From: an uncultured delta proteobacterium
GTDB lineage: Bacteria; Desulfobacterota; Binatia; UBA9968
Reading direction: 5' to 3'
NCBI GenBank assembly: GCA_963755715.1
Contig: CAVWLW010000059.1
Location: forward strand, 64,001 to 128,000
DNA length: 64,000 nt
The translations under genes and the position numbers were made by a program. The notes under the pieces were generated by a model. It worked only from the letters and a program-made list of their open reading frames with translations. It ran no database searches and was not told where the DNA came from. Shown here in pieces: positions 9,665 to 19,909 of this stretch. Positions within the stretch are counted from its first letter, which is position 1. Each line of letters opens with the position of its first letter.

Positions 9665-10815
9665 TATTTTCTCCTTTCCATGACCAGCGCCGCGGTCGTG
9701 CCGAGATTGCGGCCGTAGTTGAGCCAACCGATCCCGGTGACCAGGGCACGCTCGGCTTTGTTCACTTGATGCCCCTCCGCTTCGCCTCTCAACTGGCGCA
9801 GCGCCTCGACGATGTGGAGATAGCCGCCCGCCAAGCCCGCCTGGCCGACCGATAATTCGCCGCCGCCCGTGTTCACGGGAAAATCACCCTTATACGTCAA
9901 ATCGTGCGCGTCGACGAATTTTCCACCGTCGCCCTTTTTGCAGTAACCGAGATCTTCGATTTGGATCATCACCGCGATCGGATAGTCGTCGTAGATTTCA
10001 AACAAGTCGATGTCTTCGCGCTTGATCTCGGAAAAAATTCGCTCGCCGACAACCTTTTGGCCGAAGGTCGTTTTGTCGGGCAACATGTTGGCCACTTGAT
10101 AGTGCGAGATCTCGGCGTCGGTCACGAGGTAAACGAGCTTGTCGGTAATCTGTTTGGCTTTTTCTTCGGACGCCAGGAGAATGCACTCCGCGCCGGAGCA
10201 AGGCATCACGCAATCGAACAGGCGAATCGGGTCGGAAATCATCCGCGAGTTGAGATAATCCTGCATGCTCATGGGCTCGCGAAACAGCGCCTGTGGATTA
10301 TTGATCGCATTAAAGCGCTGCGCGATGGCGATCTTGCCGATCTGTTCGAGGGTGGTGCCGTAGTTGGCCATGTGCAATCGCTGAATCAGCGCCATTAAGG
10401 AATTCGGCCCGCCAAAGCCGAACACATCGACGAAGTTGCCGCGCTGGTATTCCAATTGCCGCTGCGTCGGCGTGCTCCGATCGAAGGAATTGCCGCCGAC
10501 CAAGACGGCCAGGTCGAGGTGGCCGCATTCGATGGCGTCCGCCGCCCGTCTGATGCTCATGACGCCGCCAGCGCCACCGTAGTCGCCATTCAATACCCAA
10601 TCGACTTCCAGGCCCAACTGTTCCGCTACATGCGGCGAGTAGTCAGGGCTCGCTTGGGTGGTAATCGAGAATCCGCGAATTTCTTTTTTGTCGAGCCCCG
10701 TCTGGCGCAGCGCGTCGCGGATCGCATCGGCGTAGTACGAAAGCGCCGACGCTTCGGACTTGCGCGAATACTCCGTCGAACCGTAGCCGACAAAACAAAC
10801 TTTCTTCCTGCGCAT
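9664..10815 (-). CDS. Thiolase-superfamily (SCP-x/Ltp2-like) protein
   Basis: RMISDPIRLFDC, EIYDDY, PVNTGGGELS, EALRQLRG; ATG 10815 after AAGGAG; no Cys at the N-terminal catalytic position (DYGGAGG). Confidence 0.88.
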   Translation of the reverse strand: MRRKKVCFVGYGSTEYSRKSEASALSYYADAIRDALRQTGLDKKEIRGFSITTQASPDYSPHVAEQLGLEVDWVLNGDYGGAGGVMSIRRAADAIECGHLDLAVLVGGNSFDRSTPTQRQLEYQRGNFVDVFGFGGPNSLMALIQRLHMANYGTTLEQIGKIAIAQRFNAINNPQALFREPMSMQDYLNSRMISDPIRLFDCVMPCSGAECILLASEEKAKQITDKLVYLVTDAEISHYQVANMLPDKTTFGQKVVGERIFSEIKREDIDLFEIYDDYPIAVMIQIEDLGYCKKGDGGKFVDAHDLTYKGDFPVNTGGGELSVGQAGLAGGYLHIVEALRQLRGEAEGHQVNKAERALVTGIGWLNYGRNLGTTAALVMERRK

Positions 10816-10834
10816 GGTTGCTCCTTTCAGTCGC

Positions 10835-10912
10835 AGGCAGTAGGCAACAGGCATTAGGCAATAGTTAAGAGCAAACTGCCGAAACTCTTACTATTGCCTG
10901 TTGCCTATTGCC
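10835..10912. repeat. Inverted array of 7-nt repeats (AGGCAAT / ATTGCCT)
   Basis: Left AGGCAGTAGGCAACAGGCATTAGGCAATAG; right CTATTGCCTGTTGCCTATTGCC containing the ACAD stop codon. Confidence 0.85.
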
Positions 10913-12028
10913 TCAAGAATTTCTCCCCCACCGCCCGATCCAATTCTTCTTCCCGGCCGTACAAGAGACGCATCAGGCGCGCCTCGCGGTAAAACCCTTC
11001 AAAGGGAAATTCCTTGCACACGCCGTAGCCGCCGTGAATTTGAATCGCCGTATCGGCGGCGTTGAATGCCATTTTGGCCGCTCGCTTCTTCGCCAGCGCA
11101 GCTTCTTCGAAATAGGTCAGCTCTTGATCACACCGCCAAGCGGCTTCGACCGTCAGCCACGTGCAAGTCCTGATCTCCAACGACAGATCCGCCAGCATCC
11201 ACTGAATCGCTTGGCGCTCGGCCAAGCGGCGGCCGAAACGTCACGCGGTTGCGCGCATGCTCGATGCTGCTGGCCAGGCAACGCATAGCAATGCCTAACG
11301 ACCGCGCCGCGATGTTCAATTGTTCGGCGGCGATGATCTCGACCGCCTTCGTATTCGTAGCCGTGTAATTGTTCATTGGGGATTTTGCACTGCTGCAGCA
11401 TGAGCCGCGCCACCGTCGCATCGGTGGTGAGCTCGACTTCATCGGCGATGGTCACTCCCGGCGTATCGCGCTCGATGACAAAGAGCCCCAAACGCTGGGT
11501 GCCTTGCTCGCGCGCCGGGAACAAGAACAAATCAGCCCGAGGTTGTGAAACAAAAATGGAAGAGTCGCGCAATATACAGCCGTCGGGCTCCTGCCGATAG
11601 AGAGTCTTGAGTCGGCTGAACTCGCCGGTCTTGTGCGCTTCTTCGAACGCCAGCGCCAGCGACATCGTGCCAGCGGCCAGTCTTTCGCCGTAATGGGTTG
11701 CGAATATGAACGCCGGAATAGAAATCGGTCGAAAGGGCAGGATGGAACGGCCAAATTCACGATGAATCAATACACGAGCGACGGCGCTGGTTGGCGATCC
11801 ACCAAAATTCTGCGGCAACTCCAATGTCCACAAGCCAACCTGGCGCGCGCGCTGCGTCAACTCTTTTTGCACCTGGGGATCAAGATCGCGTTTGGCCGGA
11901 GCACCGGGCGGAAGAAACGGCGCCTGCTGCCTCAAGTAGTCGCCTTCGCGGGCGATTAATTCCTTGTCGACAAACTGCGCCGCCGTGTCCTTAATCAGCT
12001 TCTCTTCTTCAGTGAGCTTGAGATCCAT
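10905..12028 (-). CDS. Acyl-CoA dehydrogenase family protein (degenerate subunit), frameshifted
   Basis: MDLKLTEEE start; C-terminal RQAIQWMLAD, AIQIHGGYG in another frame; indels about 11230-11350. Confidence 0.82.
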
Positions 12029-12038
12029 AGAGTTAACT

Positions 12039-12121
12039 CAGGCACGAGGCGAAAGGCGTGAGGCGTGAGAAATCCAAATTTCTTCTCCTCTCGCGCCTCA
12101 AGCCTCACGCCTCGTGCCTCA
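12039..12121. repeat. Inverted array of 7-nt repeats (AGGCGTG / CACGCCT)
   Basis: AGGCACGAGGCGAAAGGCGTGAGGCGTGAG ... CTCGCGCCTCAAGCCTCACGCCTCGTGCCTCA; last unit forms the TGA of the ACAD gene. Confidence 0.85.
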
Positions 12122-13315
12122 TTGCAGTTCCAATGACCCGACTCCTTCGCGAAAGAGCGCGCGCTGAATGATATGCCTTTGAATTTCCGAAGGCCCTTCG
12201 ACGATGCGGGTCGCCCGCGCATGACGAAAGGTTCGCGCCAGCGTGTGATTCTTGCGCAGTCCCGACGGTCCGGCGATTTCCAAAGCGAAATCCGTTATCC
12301 GGTGCAAAAGCTCCGTGGCAAATAATTTTACATTCGCCGCCTCGGCACGCACGTCCATTTTTTGATCGGCTTTCCAGGCGCCGAGATAAGTCAACGTGTG
12401 CAGCGCTTCGATTTCACCGAGAAAATGGCCGACCTTGCCGGCGATTTCCTCGGCGTCCTTGGCCTCGTGGCGCACCAACTCACGCACGACGCGAAGCACA
12501 CGCTGGCACTTGCCATGGGCGCGGATACCGACTTGAAAGCGCCGAGCGCCGAGCCATGCCTGATTGAGCGCCCAGCCGTTGCCGACTTCGCCGACCACTT
12601 GCGATTTATGCACCCGGCAATCTTCGAACACCAGTTCGCACGGCTCGGTGCCGCCGATCGTCGCAATGCTGCGCGCGATCCGGTAGCCCGGCGTTCCGGT
12701 GTCGATGAGAAAACAGGTTACGCCTTCGCGCCCCGCGGTTCCCGGCAATCGCGCAAAGAGTTGCACGAAGTCGGCGACATCGGCGAAGGTCGGAAACATC
12801 TTCGTGCCATTAATGATAAAATCATCGCCATCGGGTGTCGCCGTCGTTTGCATCATCGATGGATCCGCCCCCGAAGCCGGCTCGCTGAGGCCGAAGGCCG
12901 AGGTTTTCTCGCCGCGAATACAGGGCCAAAGATATTTATCGACCTGTTCGCTTTTGCAGTTATAAAGGATGTTCGAGACATGATTGCCGAGCTCGAAGGG
13001 AATGGCACTTTTTTCCAGCTCTTCGGTAACCGCGATCAGAGCAACGTTGCTGACTTCCAGACCGCCATATTCTTTTGGCACATCGAGGTGCCACAGCCCT
13101 TTGGCTGCAGCCTTTTTTTCAAGTTCTTCCATCATCGCGACATAACGCTGGATCTCCGCATCCTGGCTCGATTTCACCCGACTTCGCCAACGGCTGCCTT
13201 CAAAAATATCCGGCGCGTTGGCGAATTCGGACTCCAACGGAATGAGCTCCGTGACGACAAACTCATGCACGGCTTTACGGAGCCCTTCTTCTTCAGCGGA
13301 CAGACGAAAATCCAT
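12119..13315 (-). CDS. Acyl-CoA dehydrogenase
   Basis: AFGLSEPASGAD, INGTKMF, RIVEGPSEIQR catalytic Glu. Confidence 0.92.
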   Translation of the reverse strand: MDFRLSAEEEGLRKAVHEFVVTELIPLESEFANAPDIFEGSRWRSRVKSSQDAEIQRYVAMMEELEKKAAAKGLWHLDVPKEYGGLEVSNVALIAVTEELEKSAIPFELGNHVSNILYNCKSEQVDKYLWPCIRGEKTSAFGLSEPASGADPSMMQTTATPDGDDFIINGTKMFPTFADVADFVQLFARLPGTAGREGVTCFLIDTGTPGYRIARSIATIGGTEPCELVFEDCRVHKSQVVGEVGNGWALNQAWLGARRFQVGIRAHGKCQRVLRVVRELVRHEAKDAEEIAGKVGHFLGEIEALHTLTYLGAWKADQKMDVRAEAANVKLFATELLHRITDFALEIAGPSGLRKNHTLARTFRHARATRIVEGPSEIQRHIIQRALFREGVGSLELQ

Positions 13316-13598
13316 AGTCAGCAGTTCTTTAATAGTGCTAGTGAAGCAAAGCGTCTATCGGGCTCCCCTATTTCAACGACAGACTACGCCCATTTATCAC
13401 ACCTCGCGCCGGCAACGAAAGAGCAAACATTGACCGATCACGCGTCTCTGTGCTAAGCGGGAAGCCAAGTTGGAACTAACAACCGCGCCGATCAGTGCGA
13501 AGCCGCCATAGACGAATGGAAAGAACTTTGCTAGATTCCGCTGCGCCCGGAACTGGGGCCTTCAATCAACGCCAGGAAAGGTTCGGGAGGATTATCCC

Positions 13599-14087
13599 TT
13601 GAAGATTAGACCTGCGGCAATTTTTAGTTTTTGTGCGCTGATATTTTTCTGCGTCTTCGTTTACCAGGCGCGAGAGTGGCGCATGCAGGCTCGACTCTAT
13701 CCGTTCGCCATCGGCATTCCGATGATTATCTTCGCCATCATTCAAGTCATCTTCGACCTGAGAGGCATCGAAAGTAAAGCTGATGACGGCGCTGCTCCGG
13801 TAGACTTCCAAATGAGTCGAACCGTCGCGCCCGATGTCGCCTTCAAGCGCACCGTAAACATTTTTTCATGGTTCTTCGCATTTTTCTTCGGCTGTTGGTT
13901 AGTCGGTTTTACGATTACGATCCCGGTCATAGTCTTCTCGTACATGTATTTCCACGGCAAAGAAAAACTCTGGTTCTCGGCCACTCTAACGGTGGTTGCT
14001 TTTATCTTTTTTTATTCCCTGTTCGTTAGACTGCTCAACCTGCCATTTCCTGACGGCGCGATTCAGACTTGGCTAGGTTGGGTATAA
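13599..14087 (+). CDS. tctB: Tripartite tricarboxylate transporter small membrane subunit
   Basis: About 4-5 hydrophobic segments, ARLYP motif, LVGF, C-terminal LFVRLLNLPFPDG; TTG start after GGAGG; same locus as tctC/tctA. Confidence 0.85.
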   Translation: MKIRPAAIFSFCALIFFCVFVYQAREWRMQARLYPFAIGIPMIIFAIIQVIFDLRGIESKADDGAAPVDFQMSRTVAPDVAFKRTVNIFSWFFAFFFGCWLVGFTITIPVIVFSYMYFHGKEKLWFSATLTVVAFIFFYSLFVRLLNLPFPDGAIQTWLGWV

Positions 14088-14153
14088 CTTGGATCGCAGA
14101 GGTGTAACCACTTTCTGAGACCGACAAACGGCGCTTCACCTACCATCAAACCC

Positions 14154-14192
14154 GGCGGGTCCGCGCGCTTCCAAGCTCGCACCGCCTTTTTT
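14154..14192 (+). terminator. Possible intrinsic terminator between tctB and first tctC
   Basis: Imperfect GC hairpin GGCGG..GCGCGCTT/AAGCTCGC..CCGCC followed by T6. Confidence 0.4.
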
Positions 14193-14226
14193 AACACTGC
14201 CTTCCTAACCTTGTTCCGCGGAGGTC

Positions 14227-15288
14227 GTGACGATGACCCTGAGCAGGCGTCGGACGTTTAAAGCTTTTCTGATTACCGCCCTGCTATTTTTCGCTAACTC
14301 GCTTTCCCTCCGCGCCCAAAACGATTCCTTCTACAATGGCAGAACAGTTCGCATCATCGTCGGCTCGACGCCCGGCGGCTTTTACGATCGCTGGGCTCGG
14401 CTGCTTTCCCGTTACATCCCCAAATATATTGCCGGCAATCCAAACTTCGTCGTGCAGAATATGCCGGGCGCCAGCTCGGTCGTGGCCGCCAACTACGTTT
14501 ACAACTTGCCTAAGCCGGACGGGCTCACGGTGGTCATGCCCATCAATAGCTTGCATCTCGACCAGATCGTCGGCCGCCAAGAAGTAAAGTACGACATGCG
14601 CAAGTTTGAATACATCGGGAGTCAAGAAAAGACGCCGACGATGATGTACTTTCGCGCCGACAGTCCGATCAAGTCGCTCGCCGATATCATTCAAGCCAAG
14701 GAGCCGCCGAAATGCGGCTCCACTGGCACGGCCAGCACCGCGTATATCGTATCGAAACTTTTGATCGAAGCATTCAAGGCGCGGACCATCAGCGTGACCG
14801 GCTATCAAGGCGGCAGTGAGATCGACCTCGCGGTTGAACGCGGCGAGCTGGTTTGCCGCGAGATGGACGTGCCGCCGCACTTCGGCCGCGAGCCTTTCGA
14901 CGGTTGGCATAGGAAAGGCTTTGACCGGCATATTTTTCAAGGCGGACCCAAGCGCGATCCGCGCCTGGCCGACGTCCCGACCCTTTTCGAACTGTTGGAC
15001 CAACACAAATCACCGGCGATCATGCGCAATCTAACGCGTATCGTTTTAGCCAGCGGCGAGTTTGGCCGCCCGATGATGGCCGGCCCGGGCGTGCCACGGG
15101 ATCGGATCAAAACCCTGCGCGACGCCTACGGGAAAGCGATGCGCGACCCAAGCTTGATCGACGAGGCGAAAAAGGGCCAGATGGATATGGAATATACGCC
15201 CGGCGAAGAACTCCAAGCGCAGATCAAAGAGCTTTTGAATCAGCCGCACGAGGTCGTCGATCTCGTCAAGAAAATTCTCTCCGACTAG
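14227..15288 (+). CDS. tctC: TctC/Bug substrate-binding protein, array copy 1 (group A)
   Basis: Signal peptide; IIVGSTPGGFYDRWAR, VQNMPGA, PPKCG, HFGREPF. Confidence 0.88.
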   Translation: MTMTLSRRRTFKAFLITALLFFANSLSLRAQNDSFYNGRTVRIIVGSTPGGFYDRWARLLSRYIPKYIAGNPNFVVQNMPGASSVVAANYVYNLPKPDGLTVVMPINSLHLDQIVGRQEVKYDMRKFEYIGSQEKTPTMMYFRADSPIKSLADIIQAKEPPKCGSTGTASTAYIVSKLLIEAFKARTISVTGYQGGSEIDLAVERGELVCREMDVPPHFGREPFDGWHRKGFDRHIFQGGPKRDPRLADVPTLFELLDQHKSPAIMRNLTRIVLASGEFGRPMMAGPGVPRDRIKTLRDAYGKAMRDPSLIDEAKKGQMDMEYTPGEELQAQIKELLNQPHEVVDLVKKILSD

Positions 15289-15306
15289 CTTGGCATCGGA
15301 CTTAGA

Positions 15307-16377
15307 ATGGAGAAATCGAGGATGGTTAATTGCAAGATACATAGAATTTTGCCCGCTCTCCTGGTCATCGCTTGGCTGCTTTGCGCAAACTCATTGACCC
15401 AAGCCCAAAGCGAACCTTTCTACAATGGCAAGACCGTTCGCATCATCGTCGGTTTTACTCCCGGCGGCTTTTACGACCGTTGGGCGCGCTTGCTGTCACG
15501 CTACATGCCTAAATACATTCCCGGCAATCCTAATTTCATTGTGCAGAACATGCCCGGCGCCAGCTCGGTGATTGCCGCCAACTATGTTTATAATCTTGCG
15601 AAGGCCGACGGCTTAACGATCCTGGTGCCAATCAACAGTTTGTATCTGGATCAAATAGTCGGCCGCAAAGAAGTCAAGTTCGACGTGCGCAAGTTTGAAT
15701 TCATCGGCACCCAAGAAAAAGCGCCGACCCTGCTTTACTTCCGTGCCGACAGTCCGTTCAAAACCCTTGATGATATCATCAAGGCCAAGGAGCCGCCGAA
15801 GTGCGGATCGACGGGCACCGCGAGCACCGGCTATTTGCTCGCCAAAATCATGGACGAGGCGTTCAAAGCGAAACTCAACACCGTCAGTGGCTATCAGGGC
15901 GGCGCCGAAATCGATGTTGCGGTCGAGCGCGGCGAGATCATCTGCCGCGGCATGGACATCCCGCCGCACTTCGGCCGTGAGCCCTTCGACAGCTGGCACA
16001 AGAAAGGTTTCGACCGCCATATCCTTCAAAGCGGGCCAAAACGCGATCCGCGCATGGGCGATGCGCCGACATTGTTCGAGCTGATGGATCAATTCAAAAC
16101 TCCCGCGGTGATGCGCGGCGTCGCACGGGTGATTATGGCAAGCGGCGATTTTGGCCGACCCATGTTGATTGGACCCGGCAATCCACCGGATCGGGTAAAA
16201 ATACTTCGCGAAGCCTACGCCAAGGCAATGCACGACCCCGGACTAATCGACGAAGCAAAAAAAAGTCAAATGGACATGGAGCACACACCGGGTGAAGACC
16301 TTCAAACGCTGATGAAAGAGTTAATGAATCAACCGCGCGACGTCATCGACCGGGTGAAAAACGTTCTCGCCGACTAG
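15307..16377 (+). CDS. tctC: TctC/Bug substrate-binding protein, copy 2 (group A)
   Basis: IIVGFTPGGFYDRWAR, HFGREPFDSWH; start may be ATG 15322. Confidence 0.88.
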   Translation: MEKSRMVNCKIHRILPALLVIAWLLCANSLTQAQSEPFYNGKTVRIIVGFTPGGFYDRWARLLSRYMPKYIPGNPNFIVQNMPGASSVIAANYVYNLAKADGLTILVPINSLYLDQIVGRKEVKFDVRKFEFIGTQEKAPTLLYFRADSPFKTLDDIIKAKEPPKCGSTGTASTGYLLAKIMDEAFKAKLNTVSGYQGGAEIDVAVERGEIICRGMDIPPHFGREPFDSWHKKGFDRHILQSGPKRDPRMGDAPTLFELMDQFKTPAVMRGVARVIMASGDFGRPMLIGPGNPPDRVKILREAYAKAMHDPGLIDEAKKSQMDMEHTPGEDLQTLMKELMNQPRDVIDRVKNVLAD

Positions 16378-16400
16378 TCTGACAGGATAAGGAGATCTCC

Positions 16401-17453
16401 ATGATTGCGGGAAAATACGCCAAACAGATTTTTCTCTGCTGCGCTTTGACTTGGAATCTTCTCGGCGCCGGCAACGTCAAAGCGCAAAACGAACCCTTCT
16501 ACCAAGGTAAGACCGTCCGCATCGTCGTCGGCCTGACGCCGGGCGGGTTCTACGATCGCTGGGCGCGGCTCCTCGCCCGTTTCATGCCGTTATACATTCC
16601 GGGAAATCCTAACTTCATAGTGCAGAACATGGCGGGCGCGGGATCGATGATCGCGATGAACCATATTTACGGCGTCGCCAAAGCCGACGGCCTTACCCTC
16701 GGGATGCCAAACTATGGCGTCTATCTCGACCAACTCGCGGGGCGCAAAGAAGTCCGCTTCGACGTCACCAAGATGCATTACATCGGCTCGCCGGAGAAGA
16801 GCGATATCGTGCTTTACGCGCGCGCCGACGCCCCCTTCAAGACCCTCCAGGACATGAGAAAACTCTCCGAGCCGCCCAAGTGCGGTGCCAGTGGCACAGC
16901 CAGCGCCGATTACCTGATCGCCAAAGTGCTCGAAGACACCCTCGGAGTGAAAATCAATTCGGTCGTAGGATACGCCGGCGGCAGCGAAATCGACATCGCC
17001 GTGGAGAAAGGCGAAGTGCTTTGCCGCGGCATGACCATCGCTCCCCACTTTGGCCGCGAGCCCTTCGACAGTTGGCACAAGAAAAACTTCGATCGTCACA
17101 TCGTCCAAACCGCGGAGAAGCGCGATCCGCGCATCGGCGACGTGCCGACCATTTACGAGATCTTCGAAAAAGAAAATACCCCCGATGAGAGCCGCCGGGT
17201 CGCCGATGTGATTTTGCGCGGCGGCGACTTTGGCCGCCCGATGCTCGTGGGCCCGGGCACGCCGGTCGACCGGGTGAATATTCTGCGCGAGGCTTACGTC
17301 AAATCGATAAATAATCCGGAGCTCATCGCCGAAGCCAAAAAAACCCGCATGGACATGGAGCCGGTCAGCGGTGAGCAGCTGCAAGCCTTGGCAAAACGAG
17401 TGATGAATCAACCCCCTGCCGTACTCAAGCGCGTCAAGAAAATTCTTGAATAA
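16401..17453 (+). CDS. tctC: TctC/Bug substrate-binding protein, copy 3 (group A)
   Basis: AGGAG RBS; IVVGLTPGGFYDRWAR, HFGREPFDSWH. Confidence 0.88.
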   Translation: MIAGKYAKQIFLCCALTWNLLGAGNVKAQNEPFYQGKTVRIVVGLTPGGFYDRWARLLARFMPLYIPGNPNFIVQNMAGAGSMIAMNHIYGVAKADGLTLGMPNYGVYLDQLAGRKEVRFDVTKMHYIGSPEKSDIVLYARADAPFKTLQDMRKLSEPPKCGASGTASADYLIAKVLEDTLGVKINSVVGYAGGSEIDIAVEKGEVLCRGMTIAPHFGREPFDSWHKKNFDRHIVQTAEKRDPRIGDVPTIYEIFEKENTPDESRRVADVILRGGDFGRPMLVGPGTPVDRVNILREAYVKSINNPELIAEAKKTRMDMEPVSGEQLQALAKRVMNQPPAVLKRVKKILE

Positions 17454-17721
17454 GAAACTGAAATCTGCGGAACAACGGATCGTCGGCGTTCCCGGTCAAA
17501 AAGACGACAGCACATGAGGGCCGCATCCTTGCACTAAGCTATCTTGCGCATAGACCGCCCCCTCTACACGTAGACACCGAACCACGAAGGCCCAACTGAT
17601 TTTGCAGCAGCCGCTGGAAGTCTTAGCGCGAGTCCAAAAGATTCGGCAGCTAGTTGACTAAGACTTTAGTTGTGGCAGATTCATCGGGACGAATTATTAA
17701 TTTCAGGAGGTTTTTGTAGTA

Positions 17722-18753
17722 ATGACAAATCGCTGGCTTTTTCTCTTTGTTTTTCTGCTGACCGCAGCTTCGGCGCAAGCGCAGACGCCGTTCTACCAGG
17801 GCAAGACCATCACGATCATTGTCGGCACCAAAACGGGCGACGCCTACGATCTTTATCCGCGCATGCTTGCCGAGTTCATGCCAAAGTACATTCCCGGCAA
17901 TCCGAACATCATCATCCAGAACGTGCCCGGCGCCGCGTCGATGATCGCGGCCAATCAGGTTTACAGTGTGAACAAACCGGATGGATTGACGATCGGCGCC
18001 ATCTATCCGGCGCTCTACTTTGAGCAACTCACCAAAAAGCCGGAAGTGAGATTCGACTGGACAAAATTCGGCTGGGTCGGCAACCCGGTCACTTCGAACC
18101 ATTTGCTGTACATGCGTTCCGACGCTCCCTATAAATCGATGGACGACATCCGCAGCGCATCCACGGCGCCCAAGTGCGGCTCCAACGGCATTACTTCCAC
18201 CGGTTATTACTTACCCAAATTGATGGAAGAAACCCTCGGCACGAAGTTCGACATCGTCTTGGGCTATCAGTCCGGCCAAGACGTCGATCTCGCCGTCGAG
18301 CGGGGCGAAGTCGTTTGCCGCGCTTTTACCATCACGGCTTATTTCGCGCGCGAGCCCTTTATCTCTTGGCGCAAGCGAGGTTTCGTCAACGCCTTGATGC
18401 AGAGCGGCCTGAAGCGCGAGTCCAGACTGAAAGACGCGCCGACGATCTATGAGCTCATGGACAAGTACAAGACCAATGCCGCCGGCAGAAGCTTAGCGAA
18501 GGTTGTTTTAGCCGCCGGTGAGTTTGGCCGCCCGCTCGTCGTAGCTCCCGGCGTGCCCGCCGATCGCTTGAAGATCTTGCGCGACGCCTTCGACAAATCG
18601 GTGAGTGATCCAGCATTGCTGGCAACCGCCGAAAAGCGGCGCCTGGAGATGGACCCCGCTTCCGGCAGCGAACTCGAGTCGCTGGCAAAAGAGGTCATGG
18701 CCGCCACACCCGACGTAGTGCAGCGTATGGAGAAATTGCTGAGCGGCAAGTAA
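17722..18753 (+). CDS. tctC: TctC/Bug substrate-binding protein, copy 4 (group B)
   Basis: AGGAGG RBS; IIVGTKTGDAYDLYPR, CRAFTITAYFAREPF. Confidence 0.88.
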   Translation: MTNRWLFLFVFLLTAASAQAQTPFYQGKTITIIVGTKTGDAYDLYPRMLAEFMPKYIPGNPNIIIQNVPGAASMIAANQVYSVNKPDGLTIGAIYPALYFEQLTKKPEVRFDWTKFGWVGNPVTSNHLLYMRSDAPYKSMDDIRSASTAPKCGSNGITSTGYYLPKLMEETLGTKFDIVLGYQSGQDVDLAVERGEVVCRAFTITAYFAREPFISWRKRGFVNALMQSGLKRESRLKDAPTIYELMDKYKTNAAGRSLAKVVLAAGEFGRPLVVAPGVPADRLKILRDAFDKSVSDPALLATAEKRRLEMDPASGSELESLAKEVMAATPDVVQRMEKLLSGK

Positions 18754-18844
18754 ACCGCAGCACCGGTATCCCTCGAGGTTGTTGCATCACGGCAACCTTG
18801 AGGGTTATGGTTCGGGCAAATTTTCGGCGGGAAGGGGAAACACT

Positions 18845-19870
18845 ATGATTCTAATTCTCGTCTTGTTGCTTGCTTTCGGGTGGAGCTCGCGTCTATTCGC
18901 CCAAGCAAATTTCTACCAGGGCAAAACCATCACCATCGTCGTCGGCACCAAAGCCGGCGATGTTTACGATCTCTACCCGCGCCTGCTGTCGGAGTTTTGG
19001 CCGAAGCACTTTCCCGGCAGCCCGAACATCATCGTTCAAAACGTCCCCGGCGCGGGTTCGTTGATCGCCGCCAACCAGGTTTACAACGTCGCCAAGCCGG
19101 ACGGATTGACGCTCGGCGCCATTTATCCCGCGCTCTATTTCAACCAATTAATCAAGAAATCGGAAGTCAAATACGATTGGGCGAAGTTCAACTGGATCGG
19201 CAGCACGGTGACGTCGAACCAGCTTTTGTACATGCGCGCCGATACGCCGTACAAATCCATCGAAGAGGTGCGCAAAGCGAGCACCGCGCCGAAATGCGGC
19301 GCCACCGACATCAGCTCCGCGGGTTACTACATTCCCAAGATCATCGATGAAACTCTCGGGACCAAATTCGAAATCGTCTCTGGTTATCCGTCAGGTCAGG
19401 ATATCGATCTCGCGGTGGAGCGCGGCGAGCTTCAGTGCCGGGCGTTTACGATCACCGCTTATTTCGCGCGCGAGCCGTTTATCTCATGGCGCAAGCGGAA
19501 CTTCACCAGCGTCTTGATCCAGACCGGCAACAAGCGCGACGGCCGAATCAAAGACTCGCCGACGATCTACGAGTTGATGGACAAGTACAAAACCAACGAC
19601 AACGGCAGGCGGCTCGCCAAAGTCATCCTGGCAGCGGGAGACTTCGGTCGTCCGATCGTCGCCGCACCCGGCGTGCCGGCGGAACGCATGAAGATCTTGC
19701 GCGACTCTTTCGACAAGACCATCGCCGATCCCGCGTTCCTTGCGGAAGCCGAAAAGCGCCGGCTGGAAATCGATCATACAAGATGGGACGAGATGGAATC
19801 CCTGGCGAAGGACGTCATGGCGACGCCGCCGGAGATCGTCGCGCGCATGCGCAAGCTATTGGGTGAATAA
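18845..19870 (+). CDS. tctC: TctC/Bug substrate-binding protein, copy 5 (group B)
   Basis: ATG 18845 MILILVLLLAFG; GTKAGDVYDLYPR, CRAFTITAYFAREPF. Confidence 0.88.
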   Translation: MILILVLLLAFGWSSRLFAQANFYQGKTITIVVGTKAGDVYDLYPRLLSEFWPKHFPGSPNIIVQNVPGAGSLIAANQVYNVAKPDGLTLGAIYPALYFNQLIKKSEVKYDWAKFNWIGSTVTSNQLLYMRADTPYKSIEEVRKASTAPKCGATDISSAGYYIPKIIDETLGTKFEIVSGYPSGQDIDLAVERGELQCRAFTITAYFAREPFISWRKRNFTSVLIQTGNKRDGRIKDSPTIYELMDKYKTNDNGRRLAKVILAAGDFGRPIVAAPGVPAERMKILRDSFDKTIADPAFLAEAEKRRLEIDHTRWDEMESLAKDVMATPPEIVARMRKLLGE

Positions 19871-19909
19871 CAAACGCAAGCTACAAATCGCTCTAAAGAA
19901 GGAGACACC

